Shown here: positions 1-12,569 of the stretch, piece after piece
How the letters are laid out: every line of letters starts with the position of its first letter
Numbering within the stretch: the first letter of the stretch is position 1
NCBI RefSeq assembly: GCF_030684315.1
Contig: NC_081362.1
Span: 8,488,589-8,552,588, forward strand
Direction of reading: 5' to 3'
From: Stegostoma tigrinum
Taxonomy: Eukaryota
Length of the DNA: 64,000 nucleotides
The notes under the pieces: generated by a model
Told to the model about the DNA's origin: nothing
The model's input: the letters and a program-made list of their open reading frames with translations, nothing else
Databases searched by the model: none
Translations under genes and position numbers: made by a program

Positions 1-134
1 TCACTGTACTGACAACCGAGACTGAACAGGTAAGGCTGTATCTAGTTGGATTTGATTTATCCCATGCCTGATACACAGTACAAACTTGAGTAATTACCCC
101 TTTGTCAAGTAAAATGCCAGTGATATAGCACGAG

Positions 135-620
135 TAGAACAGCACTGTTACAGGGGGGCAGCATACACTGACAGCACTGTTACAGGGGGGCAGCGTACAC
201 TGACAGCACTGTTACGGGGGGGCAGCGTACACTGAGAGCACTGTTACGGGGGGCAGCGTACACTGAGAGCACTGTTACAGGGGGGCAGCGTGCACTGACA
301 GCACTGTTACAGGAGCAGTGTAGACTGCCAGGACTGTTACAGGAGCAGTGCAGACTGACAGCACTGTTACAGGAGCAGTGCAGACTGACAGCACTGTTAC
401 AGGAGCAGTGCAGACTGACAGCACTGTTACAGGAGCAGTGCAGACTGCCAGGACTGTTACAGGAGCAGTGTACACTGCCAGGACTGTTACAGGAGCAGTG
501 TACACTGCCAGTACTGTTACAGGAGCAGTGTACACTGACAGCACTGTTACAGGAGCAGTGTACACTAACAGCACTATTACAGGAGCAGTGTCCACTGACA
601 GCACTGTTACAGGAGCAGTA
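135..620. repeat. Minisatellite of about 16 units: 30-bp unit cagcactgttacaggagcagtgtacactga, with 31-32-bp G-run variants at the 5' end
   Basis: Tandem units are directly visible. The unit contains the 12-bp palindrome cagtgtacactg. The ORFs at 275-604 and 348-632 arise from the 30-bp periodicity. Confidence 0.95.
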
Positions 621-727
621 CGCCTAAGGTGAAGACATACATGCCATAAGGAATTCTTGCATTCAGTATTGCTCAGCTACTGCTACGTTTTATGATAATC
701 TATTTGGAATAAAAACCAATTGCTTAC

Positions 728-794
728 CAAACAACAACTGTATGCCTGGATTAATGTGTCCTAGTTTGCCGAATGAGTCATCGGTTGTTTTCTT
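728..794 (-). other. Candidate 67-nt internal exon of an unidentified minus-strand gene (KKTTDDSFGKLGHINPGIQLLF)
   Basis: Strong acceptor (cctttttctcttaatcattattctcttgcag) and donor (TTG|gtaagc) in unique DNA. Only one frame is open. Peptide not recognised. Confidence 0.35.
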
Positions 795-1249
795 CTGCAA
801 GAGAATAATGATTAAGAGAAAAAGGTTTTGTGACAATCTCCTGTGCAAGGCGGTTTCTTTAATAAACAAAGCACATACGTAATGTCAAATCTTGCATCTA
901 GCAATAGAATACTGCATCAGCAAGTTTAATTGCAAAACTCTTCCCAAGCACGGTATGGTTCTCAAGCAATGAGATATATTTATTTTAATTGAACAGTTAT
1001 TAGAAGTGACTTAAAAAGTTATTGATGCAGGGCACTGTGGAATGCCTTGAGGATGTGTAAGATGCTGTATAAATTCAAGATTGTTTTAAGGCTTCCTTTA
1101 CACTACCCACTGACTCCAATATTATTGTTCAATCTGCTCAGGCATCACAGATTAAAGCTGAATTAGACCAAGACAACATTAATCACTCAGTAGATGGGAA
1201 AGGCCAGCTACACATGGTCAGGATTCGCAATCAATTCATAAGACGTGTG

Positions 1250-1575
1250 ATGTTCATTCCTCTTTCACACGTTGTGTGTATCGCTAGAAATTGTTGCCTG
1301 TCTCATTGGCACTTCAACCGAATGGCTCGCTTGGACATTACAGAGGGTCTTTAACAGGCAATCACATCGCTACGGGTTGGACCAGGTAAGGAGGACAGCT
1401 TTTATTCACGAAAGGTTAGGCAGATGAGGTTTTACAATTGGAAACCGGATTTCAATTCGGAATTTATTTTACCGAATTTCATCGGGCATCATGGCATGAC
1501 TTGAACTCATGTCCTCCCAAAGCATTAGGGTGGGGTTACTAAGCCCAGTCACATTACCACTACACCACCCTCTGC
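1250..1575 (-). mobile_element. Degenerate tRNA-derived SINE (family with core ccttacctggtctggcctacatgtgactccagac)
   Basis: Matches other copies at ~12570-12820, 17620-17970, 43110-43280, 51085-51570, 51690-51990, 53215-53410 and 57060-57330. Confidence 0.65.
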
Positions 1576-1795
1576 CCTGTTTGATGGGCTAAACTCAGAT
1601 TGGAAAACTAACTACTGAAAAATCAGTCCAAAAGCTTTGCTCTAAATTTTCACAACTGGAGTCACTTAACATGTCATCTTTGTGAGCTTTCTACATGAAG
1701 GCAGTTCTGAATCACAGAACTGAAATCTCCACCATGGGGAGAACAAGAAACTCTGAATCTACACCAAGGGTTCTATTCTCCGGGAATTGAACCCT

Positions 1796-2295
1796 ATACA
1801 TAGAACATTACAGCACAGTACAGGCCCTTCGGCCCTCGATGTTGTGCCGACCTGTCATACCGATCTCAAGCCCATCTAACCTACACTATTCCATGTACGT
1901 CCATATGCTTATCCAATGACGACTTAAATGTACCCAAAGTTGGCAAATCTACTACCGTTGCAGGCAAAGCGTTCCATTCCCTTAAAGAAACTACCTCTGA
2001 CATCTGTTCTATATCTTTCACCCCTCAATTTAATGCTATGCCCCTTCGTGCTCGCCGTCACCATCCTAGGAAAAAGGCTCTCCCTATCCACTCTATCTAA
2101 CCCTCTGATTATCTTATATGTCTCAATTAAGTCACCTCTCAGCCTTCTTCTCGCTAACGAAAACAGCCTCAAGTCCCTCAGCCTTTTCTCGTAAGACCTT
2201 CCCTCCATACCAGGCAACATCCTAGCAAATCTCCTCTGCACCCTTTCCAAAGCTTCCACATCCTTCTTATAATGCAGTGACCAGAACTGTATGCA
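1796..2295 (-). mobile_element. Young 5'-truncated CR1/HER1 LINE 3' end
   Basis: ORF 1924-2259 (LERVQRRFARMLPGMEG...LFSLARRRLRGDLIETYKII) is the CR1 ORF2 C-terminus, followed by a typical 3' tail. Confidence 0.92.
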
Positions 2296-2514
2296 TGAAC
2301 AGTTATTAGAAGTGACTTAAAAAGTTATTGATGCAGGGCACTGTCCACACCAACCAAGGACTCTGAGTTGCTAATAGCAATGAACACTTTTTCATGTCTG
2401 CTGTAGTCCAGGCCAATGGGTAGTGATGGTGGAGCTGTAATTTCTCTCCAGAACGTGGCTAATCAGGACTCTATCCTGCTCCTTGCACCCGTCATTAGTG
2501 CATCAGAAGGATTT

Positions 2515-2835
2515 CATAGAATCCCTACAGTGTGGAAACAGGCCTTTCAGCCCAACAAGCCCACACCGACCGTCAGAGCATCCCACCCAGACCAATCCCC
2601 CTATAACCCACCTAATCTACACATCCCTGAACACTACGCACAATTTAGCATGGCCAATCCATCTAACCTGCACAGCGATGGAGTGTGGGGGAAACTGGAG
2701 CACCCTGAGGAAAGCCACATAGACACGGGGAGAACATGCAAACTCCACACAGACAGTCACCCGAGGGTGGAATCAAACCCAGGTCCCTTGTGCTGCGAAG
2801 TTGCAGTGCTAACCGCTGAGCCACTGTACCACCCC
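2515..2835 (-). mobile_element. HE1 (V-SINE) element
   Basis: tRNA-like head gtggctcagcggttagcact, V-domain gtgtggagtttgcatgttctccccgtgtct and CR1-like tail. Confidence 0.9.
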
Positions 2836-3679
2836 TACAATACTGACAACCAGGAATCCAACCCAGGTCAAATGCTTGGGAAGTAGCTATGCTCACTACT
2901 ACACCACTATTTATGAATTGATAACCTGCTTGGGCAAGCTATGAATACCATCTTTCACTTAACACAGAACATTTGAAAATTAAATAATGGAATGAACAAG
3001 TTGAATCATACTCAAAAGAGTCAATCCAGTTGGCATCAGCCAACTTCTGAAATTCTGTACCAGTCTGCCCCTACGGTTGGTGCTTCTACTTGTGACTTGG
3101 GATAATGAGAAACCTGTAACTTCTACACTCTGAAAAAACTGTGATCACTTGTTGATGTAATAAAAACAAAACAAACAACTTAACCCAACGAGAGGGTTTG
3201 TGTGTTATTCTGAAATCCTCGCTGTTGAGATATATCAGGACAGTCTGCAATCCAGTAAAACAACCTAGGGGGCAGTGTTTAGCCTACGAACATAGATTCT
3301 GCTTAACTGTGTTCCTTTGGAACTTTCTGCGTTAGAATTTTCTGCGAGGGTTGCTTGGAGTTGTGTTTCTGATGATCTTAAACAAACTATCATTCTTTCT
3401 CTGCTCAAGTGAAGCGTTTACTTCTAATTGAAACAAAAAATTCGAACTTTCTTTGTTACAAAGGCTTCCTTTCTGATTTCCCAGCTTCCCGCAGGCCCTA
3501 GCCCTGTTTGTAGCAATCATTAACCAGACTAGAATGCAGGGATTCTCCAAGATTAACACACTTTGCATAACCAGTTATGATTGAACCTCTTTTCACACAA
3601 TACACTGTGCCCAAGAGCAGATACTTAGTTCATTGTCAGCTGCTGCTACATCCTCAGCCACACCCCCTACCACAAAGCA

Positions 3680-4600
3680 GGCCATCTCGGACTGAGATGA
3701 GGAAAAATTTCTTCACCTAGGGAGTGGTAAGCCTGTGGCATTCTCTTCCACGGAAAGAGATTGAGGCCAAAACACTGAATGCTTTCAAGAAGGCGTTGGG
3801 TACAGCTTTAAGGGCCAAAAGGATCAAAGAGTATGGGGAGAAAGCCAAGAACTTGATGCTTGGAGATCCACTTGACATGGTTCCAGACTGAAACCAACAT
3901 CAAGAAAGGGGAAATCTACACCATATGAGATCTTTGGACGACAGTAATTTTCTTTGAAATCAGTGGCAAATGGTAACACTTAGCCACTGACTGCAAAATC
4001 CAGGATGATGCAAAAATATTAACAAAGTGACCAAGGAGGCGTTTTGGGGAAGAATGGACGAGGTTAACATCTGAAGGAAATTTTGTAAAACTCTAGATGA
4101 ACTTTATTAGCAGTATTACAACTATACCTGTTGCCAGGGTTGGAGGGTTCGATCGAAAGTGGGAGGCTGAACAGACTGGTGCTCTTTTCCCTGGGGCATT
4201 GGAGACTAAGGGGTGACCTTATACAGATTTATAAAATCATGAGGGACATGGATAGGGTAAATAGACAAGGGTCATTTTCCCCCGGAAGTGGGGGAGTCCA
4301 GAACTAGAGGACATGGGTTTAAGGTTAGAGGGGAACGATTTCAAAAGGACCTACGGGATAACGTTTTCATGCAGAGAGTGGTGTGTGTGCAGAATAAGCT
4401 GCCAGAGGAAGTGGTGGAGGCTGGTACAATTACATCATTTAAAAGGCATCTGGTTGGGTACATGAATTGGAAGGTTTTAGAGAAATATGGGCCAAACACT
4501 GGCAAATGGGACTAGATTAATTTAGGATATCTGGTTAGCTTAAATGAGTTGGACCAAAGGGTCTGTTTCCATGCTGTACAGATCTCTGACTCTATATGGT
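3680..4600 (+). mobile_element. Two CR1 LINE 3' fragments (~3680-3880 and ~4125-4597)
   Basis: GESRTRGHGFKVRGERF...FMQRVV CR1 C-terminal motif and 3' tail. Confidence 0.85.
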
Positions 4601-4752
4601 CTCTATCTTCAGAAGCCATTAATGTTTCATTGATAATGGCATTATGAACTATTTTTCAGTGAATTTGATGTGTAACATTCATGAGAAAAGCACAGCAGAG
4701 TTAAGATGGCACCACTTGATTGCGGACATCTTCAAGAGTCACGCTGTAAGTT

Positions 4753-5066
4753 ATAGAATCACAGAATCGCTACAGTTTGGAAACAGGCCACTCAGCCCAA
4801 CATGTCCATACCGACCCTCTGGACAGCATCTACCCAGACCCACCCCCTACCCTGTGACCCTGAATTTCCCATGGCTAATCGATCTAGCCAACACAGCCCT
4901 GGACACTCTGGGCAATTTAACATGGCCAATCCACCCTAACCTGCACATCTTTGGAATGTGGGAGTAAACCGGAGCAGCCGGAGGAAACCTACGCAGACAC
5001 GGGGAGATTGCCTATGTGGACTTTGCACAGTCGCTTGAGGCTGGAATCGAACCCAGTTTCCTGGCG
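4753..5066 (-). mobile_element. HE1 SINE
   Basis: Similar to the other HE1 copies. Confidence 0.85.
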
Positions 5067-5899
5067 AGTTCTGCGGTATCTCTGAGTAATTCCGCAGCAA
5101 TTGTTACTGATAACATTTCTCATCGACCACATGCAAGGCTTGCTTTAGGTGTAAATGACCACAGCCCTTCCCTCTCTCAAGTCTGAGTTATTGCTAACTG
5201 CAATGCCCCCACTTTGACAGAGAATTTGTTCATGCTTGCTTAAAACGTAATTGCTCTCCCCATCTCCTTAGAGTCCTCGCTTCCCATTCCACCTACTGCA
5301 CTAAAACATCAACCTATAACCACATTGACTCCAAAGCTATAGCAACTGATTTCTAATGCACTTTTTAAATTTGGAACAAATTCCTCCACTTTTGGAGTAT
5401 CCACCAGCAATGCTTTTAATTGAACAAGTAATTAGCAACTGCCAGCACAATCCTAATTCCGGCCGAACTCTCCGATGGCCTCAAACAAAGAAATCAATCA
5501 GCATGGAAGGGCCATGGCCACTGGAACTGCTGTGTAAAGTGCAGGATTCAGAGAGCACAGCAAGGAAAAGCTTCATCACAGCCTCCTCTAATGCCTGCGA
5601 ATGGACTGCAGCCTCACACACAGGGCTATTAAATAGATGAACTATGATGCCTGTCACTTTGGTCAGAGAGAGAGAGCGGTGACACAGTGGGGCTGGTAAT
5701 GCAGTTTCTTTTGCGGGGGTCTCAGTTATCCCTTGATTCATACCCACTGTACGTCTCCACTGGGTATTCCTTTAACACATTGGTATTCGGTTCTTGGAAC
5801 AGTTGAAGGGGTTAATCGCTCCAAGGAAAATGGAAGGGCCAGTCAATGGACGCTTGGAATAATTCTAATGTTGAGCCGCATTTGACTAGATTTTGTAGA

Positions 5900-7970
5900 A
5901 TTATTGTTATAGGGGACTCTCCTGTCAGGGGCACAGACAGGAGATTCTGTGGCAGTGTGAGTGTAAATTTAGGATGGTTTGTTGCCTTCCTGCTGCTAGG
6001 ATTAAAGACGTATCTGAACGTTTCATGCATATTGTTAAAAGTAAGATTGAGAAGCCATAAATCGGTGGACACATTGGTCAGAATGACATATTAACAGACT
6101 GAATTTAAGAGGTTAGGTAGAAGTTTAAAAAAACCTTACAAGTAGTAATTTCTGGTTTACTCCCAATGCCAAACTCAAACGAGGCAAGGAACTAAAGGTG
6201 AAAGGAGATAAATCAATGGTTGAGGAGCTGGGAGTATTGTTCAGGGATTCAGGTAGTTGGACAGTTGGAGTGTCTTTAAAGATAGAGTCGCAGGTACAAC
6301 AGGCATGTAAGGCGGAAAATGGAATTTTATCCGCCATTGCTAGAGGGATTGAGTTTGAAAGCAAGGAGGTTATGTTACAGCTGTGTAGAGTGCTGGTGAG
6401 GCAACACCTACAGTACTATGGACAGTTTTGGTCTCCTTACTTGAGATAGGATGTACTGGCACTGGAGGGGGTGAAGAGGACGTTCACCAGGTTGATTCCA
6501 GGGTTGAGATGGTTGGCTTACATGGAGAGGCTGAATAGACTGGGATTATATTCATTAGAATTTAGAAGAGTGAGGGGGAATCTCATAGAAACATACAAAA
6601 ACATGAAGAGAATAGATAAGATAGAAGCAGGGAGGTTGTTCCCACCGGTGGGTGAGACTAGAACTAGGGGGATAGCATCAAAATAAAGGGGAGCAGATTT
6701 AGGACCGAGTTGAGGAGGAACTTCTTCACCCAAAGTGTTGCGAATCTGTGGAATTCCCTGCCCAGTGAAGCTGTTGTGGCTTCCTCATTGGATGTTTTTA
6801 AAGCTAAGATAGACAACTTTTGAATAGTAAAGGAAGCAATGGTTATTGTGAGAGGGTTTGGGTAAGTGGAGCTGAGGCAATGAGAAGATCAGCCATGATC
6901 AGATTGAATGGTGGAGCTGGCTCGAAGGGCCCAATAGCCAACTCCTGCTCCTGGTTCTTGTGTCCTCGTTCTATTAAGGGAGACTTCACACTGATGGAGA
7001 AGGTGAATGGAGGAATTCTAAGCAGCAGTGTAAATGGAAGAATTGATGCGGTAGGTTCTGAATGTGAGAGAACACGTCAATTAGAAAGGATAGACAAGAG
7101 AGAGTCGGAGTGCGTCGTAACCCTGAAGAACTAAACTGCATTTATTTCAATGCAAAGGGTCTTACAGATAAGGTTGACGAACTCAGGGCATGTTTAAGAA
7201 CATGAGACTGGGACGTTATACTTGTTATAGAAACTTGGCTGAGAGATGGACAAGACTGTCAGTTCAATGTCCCAGTTTTGGACCTGAAACGTCGACTTTC
7301 CTGCTCATCTGATGTTGCCTGACTGGACAGTTAAAGAGGCATTTAGTACGCTTGCCTTCACTGCTCAGTCCTTTGAGTATAGGAGTTGGGATATTATGTT
7401 GAGGCTGTAAAGGACATTGATGGGGCCTCTTCTGAACTACTGTGTCCAGTTCTGGTCACCCAGTTATAAGAAGGTTATTACCAGGCTGGAGAAGGTTCAG
7501 AAGAGATTTACGAGGATATTGCCAGGTATGGAAGGTGTGAGTTATAATGAAAGGCTGGAGAGGCCAGGACTTTTTTCTCTGGAGCATAGGAGGTTGACAG
7601 GTGACCTGATAGAAGCTTATAAAATAATGAAAGTTACAGATAGTGTTGATGGTAGTTGTCTTTTCTCTCAGAAGGGGAGTTTCAAGACTTGGGTGGAATA
7701 GTTTTCAGGTGAGAAGAGAGAGATTTTAAAAAGCCGAAGGGAAAATTTTCCTACACAGAGGGTGGTTCATGTGCGGAATGAACTTCCTGAGGAAGTGATG
7801 GATGTGGGTATAGTTACAACATTTAAAAGACATTTGGATGGATACATGAATGGGATAGGCTTTGAGGGATATGTGCCAGGAGCAGGCAGGTGGGACTAGT
7901 TTAGTTTGGGGTTATGTTCGGCATGGACCAAACGGTCTGTTTCTGTCCTGCATGACTCCATGACTCTATA
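5900..7970 (+). mobile_element. Composite CR1 LINE: ORF1 esterase remnant (~5900-6230), nested CR1 3' end (~6270-6965), APE endonuclease N-terminus (~7130-7275), ORF2 C-terminus and tail (~7330-7970)
   Basis: IIVIGDSPVRGTDRRFCG is the SGNH-esterase motif of CR1 ORF1. LNCIYFNAKGLTDKVDEL...VIETWL is the APE start. YCVQFWSP...LEKVQKRFTR is the ORF2 C-terminus. Confidence 0.85.
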
Positions 7971-8014
7971 ATTGAAGGCCAATGAGCAGATCTCTCGTTA
8001 TGAGGCAAGGCATC

Positions 8015-8258
8015 TCATACAGTCACACAGCACAGAAACAGATCAGTACGATTCATACATGCCAACCAGGTATCCTGAACTGAACCAGTCCCATGTGCCT
8101 TCATTTGGCTCATATTCCTCTAAACCTTTCCTATTCATGTATCCATCTAATATCTTTTATATGTTAGAATTGTACCAGCTTCTACAACATCCTCTGGCAG
8201 CTTGTTTCAGACATGCGCCACCCTCAGTGTGAAAAAGTTGCCCCTCAGGTCCCTTTTG
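8015..8258 (-). mobile_element. CR1 3' fragment
   Basis: CR1 tail and terminal ORF2 similarity. Confidence 0.8.
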
Positions 8259-10571
8259 TTGGGCATGTCTGTCTGGCATTACATGCATTGCTCGTCATCT
8301 GTTGGGGAGCTCACAAAGAAGGGGAGAACTGGGGCAAGGCACAGAATTTAGGGTATTAGCACTCAGTCAAGTGTGTCTTGATGTTCAAGGGGATGAAAGG
8401 GGTAGTAGAATGGGCAGGTCCACACGTCCTTATTGAATGGCAGAGCAGGCCCGAGGGCAAGAGTGGCCCACTCCTCCTTCAAATCTGTAGGTTCTTACAA
8501 GTTTGCTGCTGGAACCTTAGAAAGCTTTCCCTGGAGGGGAAGCAAACAGTCAGAGTGGAGTGGAGTCCACAGAAACTGCTGCTCTAATTTTCATTGCTCA
8601 GGGGACCACCTGCTCCCACAGCTCAAATATGCCAAGCTCTCAGCCACCTGGAGGATCATCAAATCCCTGTCCTCCAGAAGGCACCCACTGTAGCCATATT
8701 AGGCCTTTATGTGTCAAGGCAGTGTCAGAAATGAAGTGTACATTAAGGGAAGAGCTGCACATATACAATAATACATTGAGTTAAGGGATTCTAATGGTAG
8801 CAAAACTCCGAATTAAGCAGCAAAACACATTGTTCCAACAAGAGATTCTGAGCAGTTCCATCTACACATCTGTAGCACCAACAGCAGAAATAGGAAAGAA
8901 CTTCAAAGGCATTGATTTAAGAAATTCACAAGCAGAAATGTAGCCAAGAAAATATTCATCTGAGCGCAAAGCCATTCCTTTTATGAAGAAACAGAATGAG
9001 GAAATAAGAACAACGAATAAAGAACCTTAATTGCCCTTCCAAAGTATTATGCAACTACATAGCTAAGTGCCAGAATGGATCTTTGCAGGAAATATCAGGA
9101 CCATTATCCAAAGCAATGCAAAACGCAAATTATGTCCCTGACTATTCACAAACCATCATTCAACTCACTGCTGAAGAATATTAGTGGATTATGGATGGGG
9201 TATTAGAGCAAGAAAGTCCTGAGAAGACACAGCAACACCCAACTATTCTGAGTGGTGGAGGAGGTAACTAACATCAAGCAATCCTTGCTGTAGAGACAGG
9301 AGCGGCCTTTTCTACAACTAGTGTAACCTAGTTTTTGGAAGAATGCAGGTTTTATTTTTATACCAATGTGAACCCAAGGACAACGCATCCAGTTTACCAC
9401 TGCTTATCCACTTTGAAAACTGATGCCCTGATATCACGAGAGACTAGAATGAAGGAGTGCGTCTATTCACATCACATTAATCTCACGGTCGCAGGATATG
9501 GATAGGTCCCATTGTCTTAGGAGCAGGAGACCTTCATCTTTTCAGCAAGAGCACCTTTCACTCAGCGATCACGCGCAGGGATGGATGTGAAGGCAGCCTT
9601 CAGGTAGCGGGCATGATTTCTGTAACATTGCATGCCACGTCAGGTGAGGGGTGGTGGTGATCTGTCCTTTAGAACATGAGCCTGGATCTCTGCATTACCC
9701 ATCATGTCTGTGCCATCATCTGTTCCTCCCTCCTCCACCCCCAACCTCTCCAGTGTAGGTTCATGTAATAAACCAAGCAAACGCATGGAATCAATGATGC
9801 TCTGTTTCATTGGAAAGCTAACTATTTCAAGGCAGACAAGAAGCCTAGATCTGTGTTGTCACTTCCCAGCATTTAAGAGCATAGAGCAGCTACATAGTTT
9901 GGCGTTGTTGGCTTCAAGAGGGAAGAATCAGACTGGATACAAAGCCAAGCATTAGAATGACTGCATCTTTTTACATGTTTCTGTACTTTAGGTTCAGGAC
10001 TGAAAGGGGACAATGACTGGTTAAAAAGCACAGGATTTTTGAAGGCATTGTTGCACTTTACAAAAAGCAAGTTACTCATTCCAAGTGTTGTTCACACAGC
10101 TGCTCCTTCAAACATTGGGAAAATTGCAGAGACAATTTGGACCCAAACGGCCATGTGTGAATGGAGATTCGATCAGTGACATGTAGCTGATTGATAACCA
10201 GCCACTAATCCACAGACCAATGCCAAAGGCCGTCTGCCTGCCAACATCTATGTGATTGGCTTCCAGATCACTGGACAGCTAGGAGGTCCGAATGTTTGAG
10301 TCAGCAGCTATCATAGCTCAGAGGGGACAGAGCTTTTTCTTGCTGGAGTAAACGTCTGAAGGTGGCCAGTTTATGTCCCCTCAACAGTCTTTGTAAGTTG
10401 TGACTTTAACAAAGCAGAGACCTTTATGAGTCTGAACCAGTCACCCTGTGTCTCATGCAAACAGGTGAAAGTATCTGGAGAAGGAGGATTGAGAAGCAGT
10501 GTTCTGATCAGCAAAATGATCATCTTGGCAAACCCAGTGGACAGGGACCACTGAACTGCCTTCCCAGTCTT

Positions 10572-11290
10572 TCATAGAACATAGAACAATACAGCACAGC
10601 AACAGGCCCTTTGGCCCACGATGTTGTGCCAAACATGACACCAAATGAAACTAGCTGCTTCTGCCTGCCCCGGTCCATATCTCTCCATTCCTTGCATATT
10701 CATGCGCTTATCTAAAACTTCCTTAAACACTGCTATCATATCTGCCTCTACCACCACCCAGCAGTTTGTTCCAGACTCCTACCACTCACTGTGTAAAAAT
10801 CTTGCCCCTCGCAACTCCTTTGAACTTTCCCCTTCTCACCTGAAATGCATGCCCCCGATTTTTAAACATTTCAACTCTGGGACAAAGATTGTGAACACCA
10901 ACCGTATCCATACATTTCACAATTTTATACATTTCTATCAAGTCTCCGCTCAGCCTCTGCTGCTCCGGAGAAAACAATCCAAGTTTTTCTAGCCTCTCCT
11001 AATAGCTCATACCCTCTAATCAAGGCAGCATCTTGGTAAACCTCTTCTGCACCCTCTCCAAAGCCTCCACATCCTTCCTGAAATGTGGCATCCAGAATTG
11101 AACATAATACTCTAAGTGCGGCCTAGCCAAAGCTTATAAAGCTGCAATCTGACATCCTGACTCTTGTACTCAATTCTCTGACCAAAAAAGGCAAGCACTG
11201 CCATATGCCTTCTTTACCATCCTGTCTAAATGCGTGGCCACTCTCAGGGAGCTCCGGGCTTGAACCCCAAGATCCTTCTGTACATCAATT
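10572..11290 (-). mobile_element. CR1 LINE 3' portion
   Basis: FSPEQQRLSGDLIEMYKIV...NRGHAF motif and a (ttcta)-type tail. Confidence 0.88.
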
Positions 11291-12569
11291 TCTGTCCAAC
11301 CACAGCACCCCACATTTTATTTTGCATGTGTGTGTGGGTTTACAGGAAGGGTTTAATAATTGGGTTACAGTTGCAACTAAGTTGTAAGCTAACAGCTCAT
11401 AATTCTTTATCCAAATTTAGAATCTACTTATGTGTAAGAAATAGCTAATCTTATCATGTACGTAGTTTGTGTCAGTCTGGGTCTAATTCGGGGAATTCTG
11501 CATACTTGCTAGAATCTTTAAAAGTTTCCTGATGACTCTAGGAAAATCAAGGCTTGAATTCCAAATAGCTTACTATCCCAGTGAAGTGTCACAGTATCCA
11601 CAAGGGTCCAACAGTTTTAAATTCAAATTTGTCCCACAAGTCTAAACAGCACCTGATTTATTTCAGTAGCATGCAACAGAGAACTGTTCAATAACGAAAC
11701 AAACAGGTTTAATTGGTCTTTAAAAACCTGATGCAAGTAATGAGCAATTATTCGCAATTTATTTTAGTGTCACTTGCCACCAGTGATGTTCCATTTCTGT
11801 TGGTATTTTCAATCCCAATTTTCACTGTTTTCTGTTGGACTCAGTAAATAATACAGATGGCACCGAGTCAAAAAAAAGGCATCAGAAAATCAAATTCCCA
11901 GGTGAACTGCATTTGAAAGGTGGAGAGTACATGCAGGTAACTGATGAAAAAACAACACAAGTAACTAGGATAAGTACTTACTGAAGGAAAATTCTCTCTC
12001 TCTCTCTTTCTCGTGCTCAAATCTGCAAATGTTTTCATGAATTCTGCATGCAAATACTTCATAATGGGACCTGGACCAAAATGCATACATGATCACCAGT
12101 CCAGAATATTAACCAGATGTCCCCACGTTTTCCTGGATAATAAAGTGAAGTGGAGAATGATTCTTGAGCCCAAAGTTGTCTTGCTGATCTCTTCTACATT
12201 GGCCTCCTGTCAAACACAAATCTCAGTGGCTACAAGAAGCACTAAACAAAGCAGCAAAAGACAATGGTTATTTGGTGTAGGATGTGGAGCAGATCTTTGT
12301 CTCAAGTGCCTTTTCAGACACACTCACAAGATAAGACACCTGAGACATAGGTGAAAATATAACAAGATGAGCATTAGTTTGATGCCTGTGATGAAAGGAT
12401 AGACACAGATGGCTTGGGAAAGCTCTGAGAAGGTTAAGTGGAGACTTGAGAATGCTCATCATTATGAAATAGGTGCAGAAGACAAATAGTGTGAACTCAT
12501 TTCACAGCCAGTGAATTGATAATCAGAAGCTATAAGCTTAAGGTCACCACCAGGAGAAACTTAGAAGTT

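Noticed and set aside
130-620. CRISPR-like array
   Set aside because: Units are contiguous with no unique spacers, the context is eukaryotic, and there are no cas genes.
275-632. Repetitive ORFs on both strands resembling antifreeze or ice-binding repeats
   Set aside because: They result from a 30-bp tandem unit, the plus ORF starts at GTG, and the upstream 31-32-bp units break the frame.
3261-3278. CTCF-like motif acctagggggcagtg
   Set aside because: It mismatches the conserved 5' CC positions, and a single weak motif cannot be supported without ChIP data.
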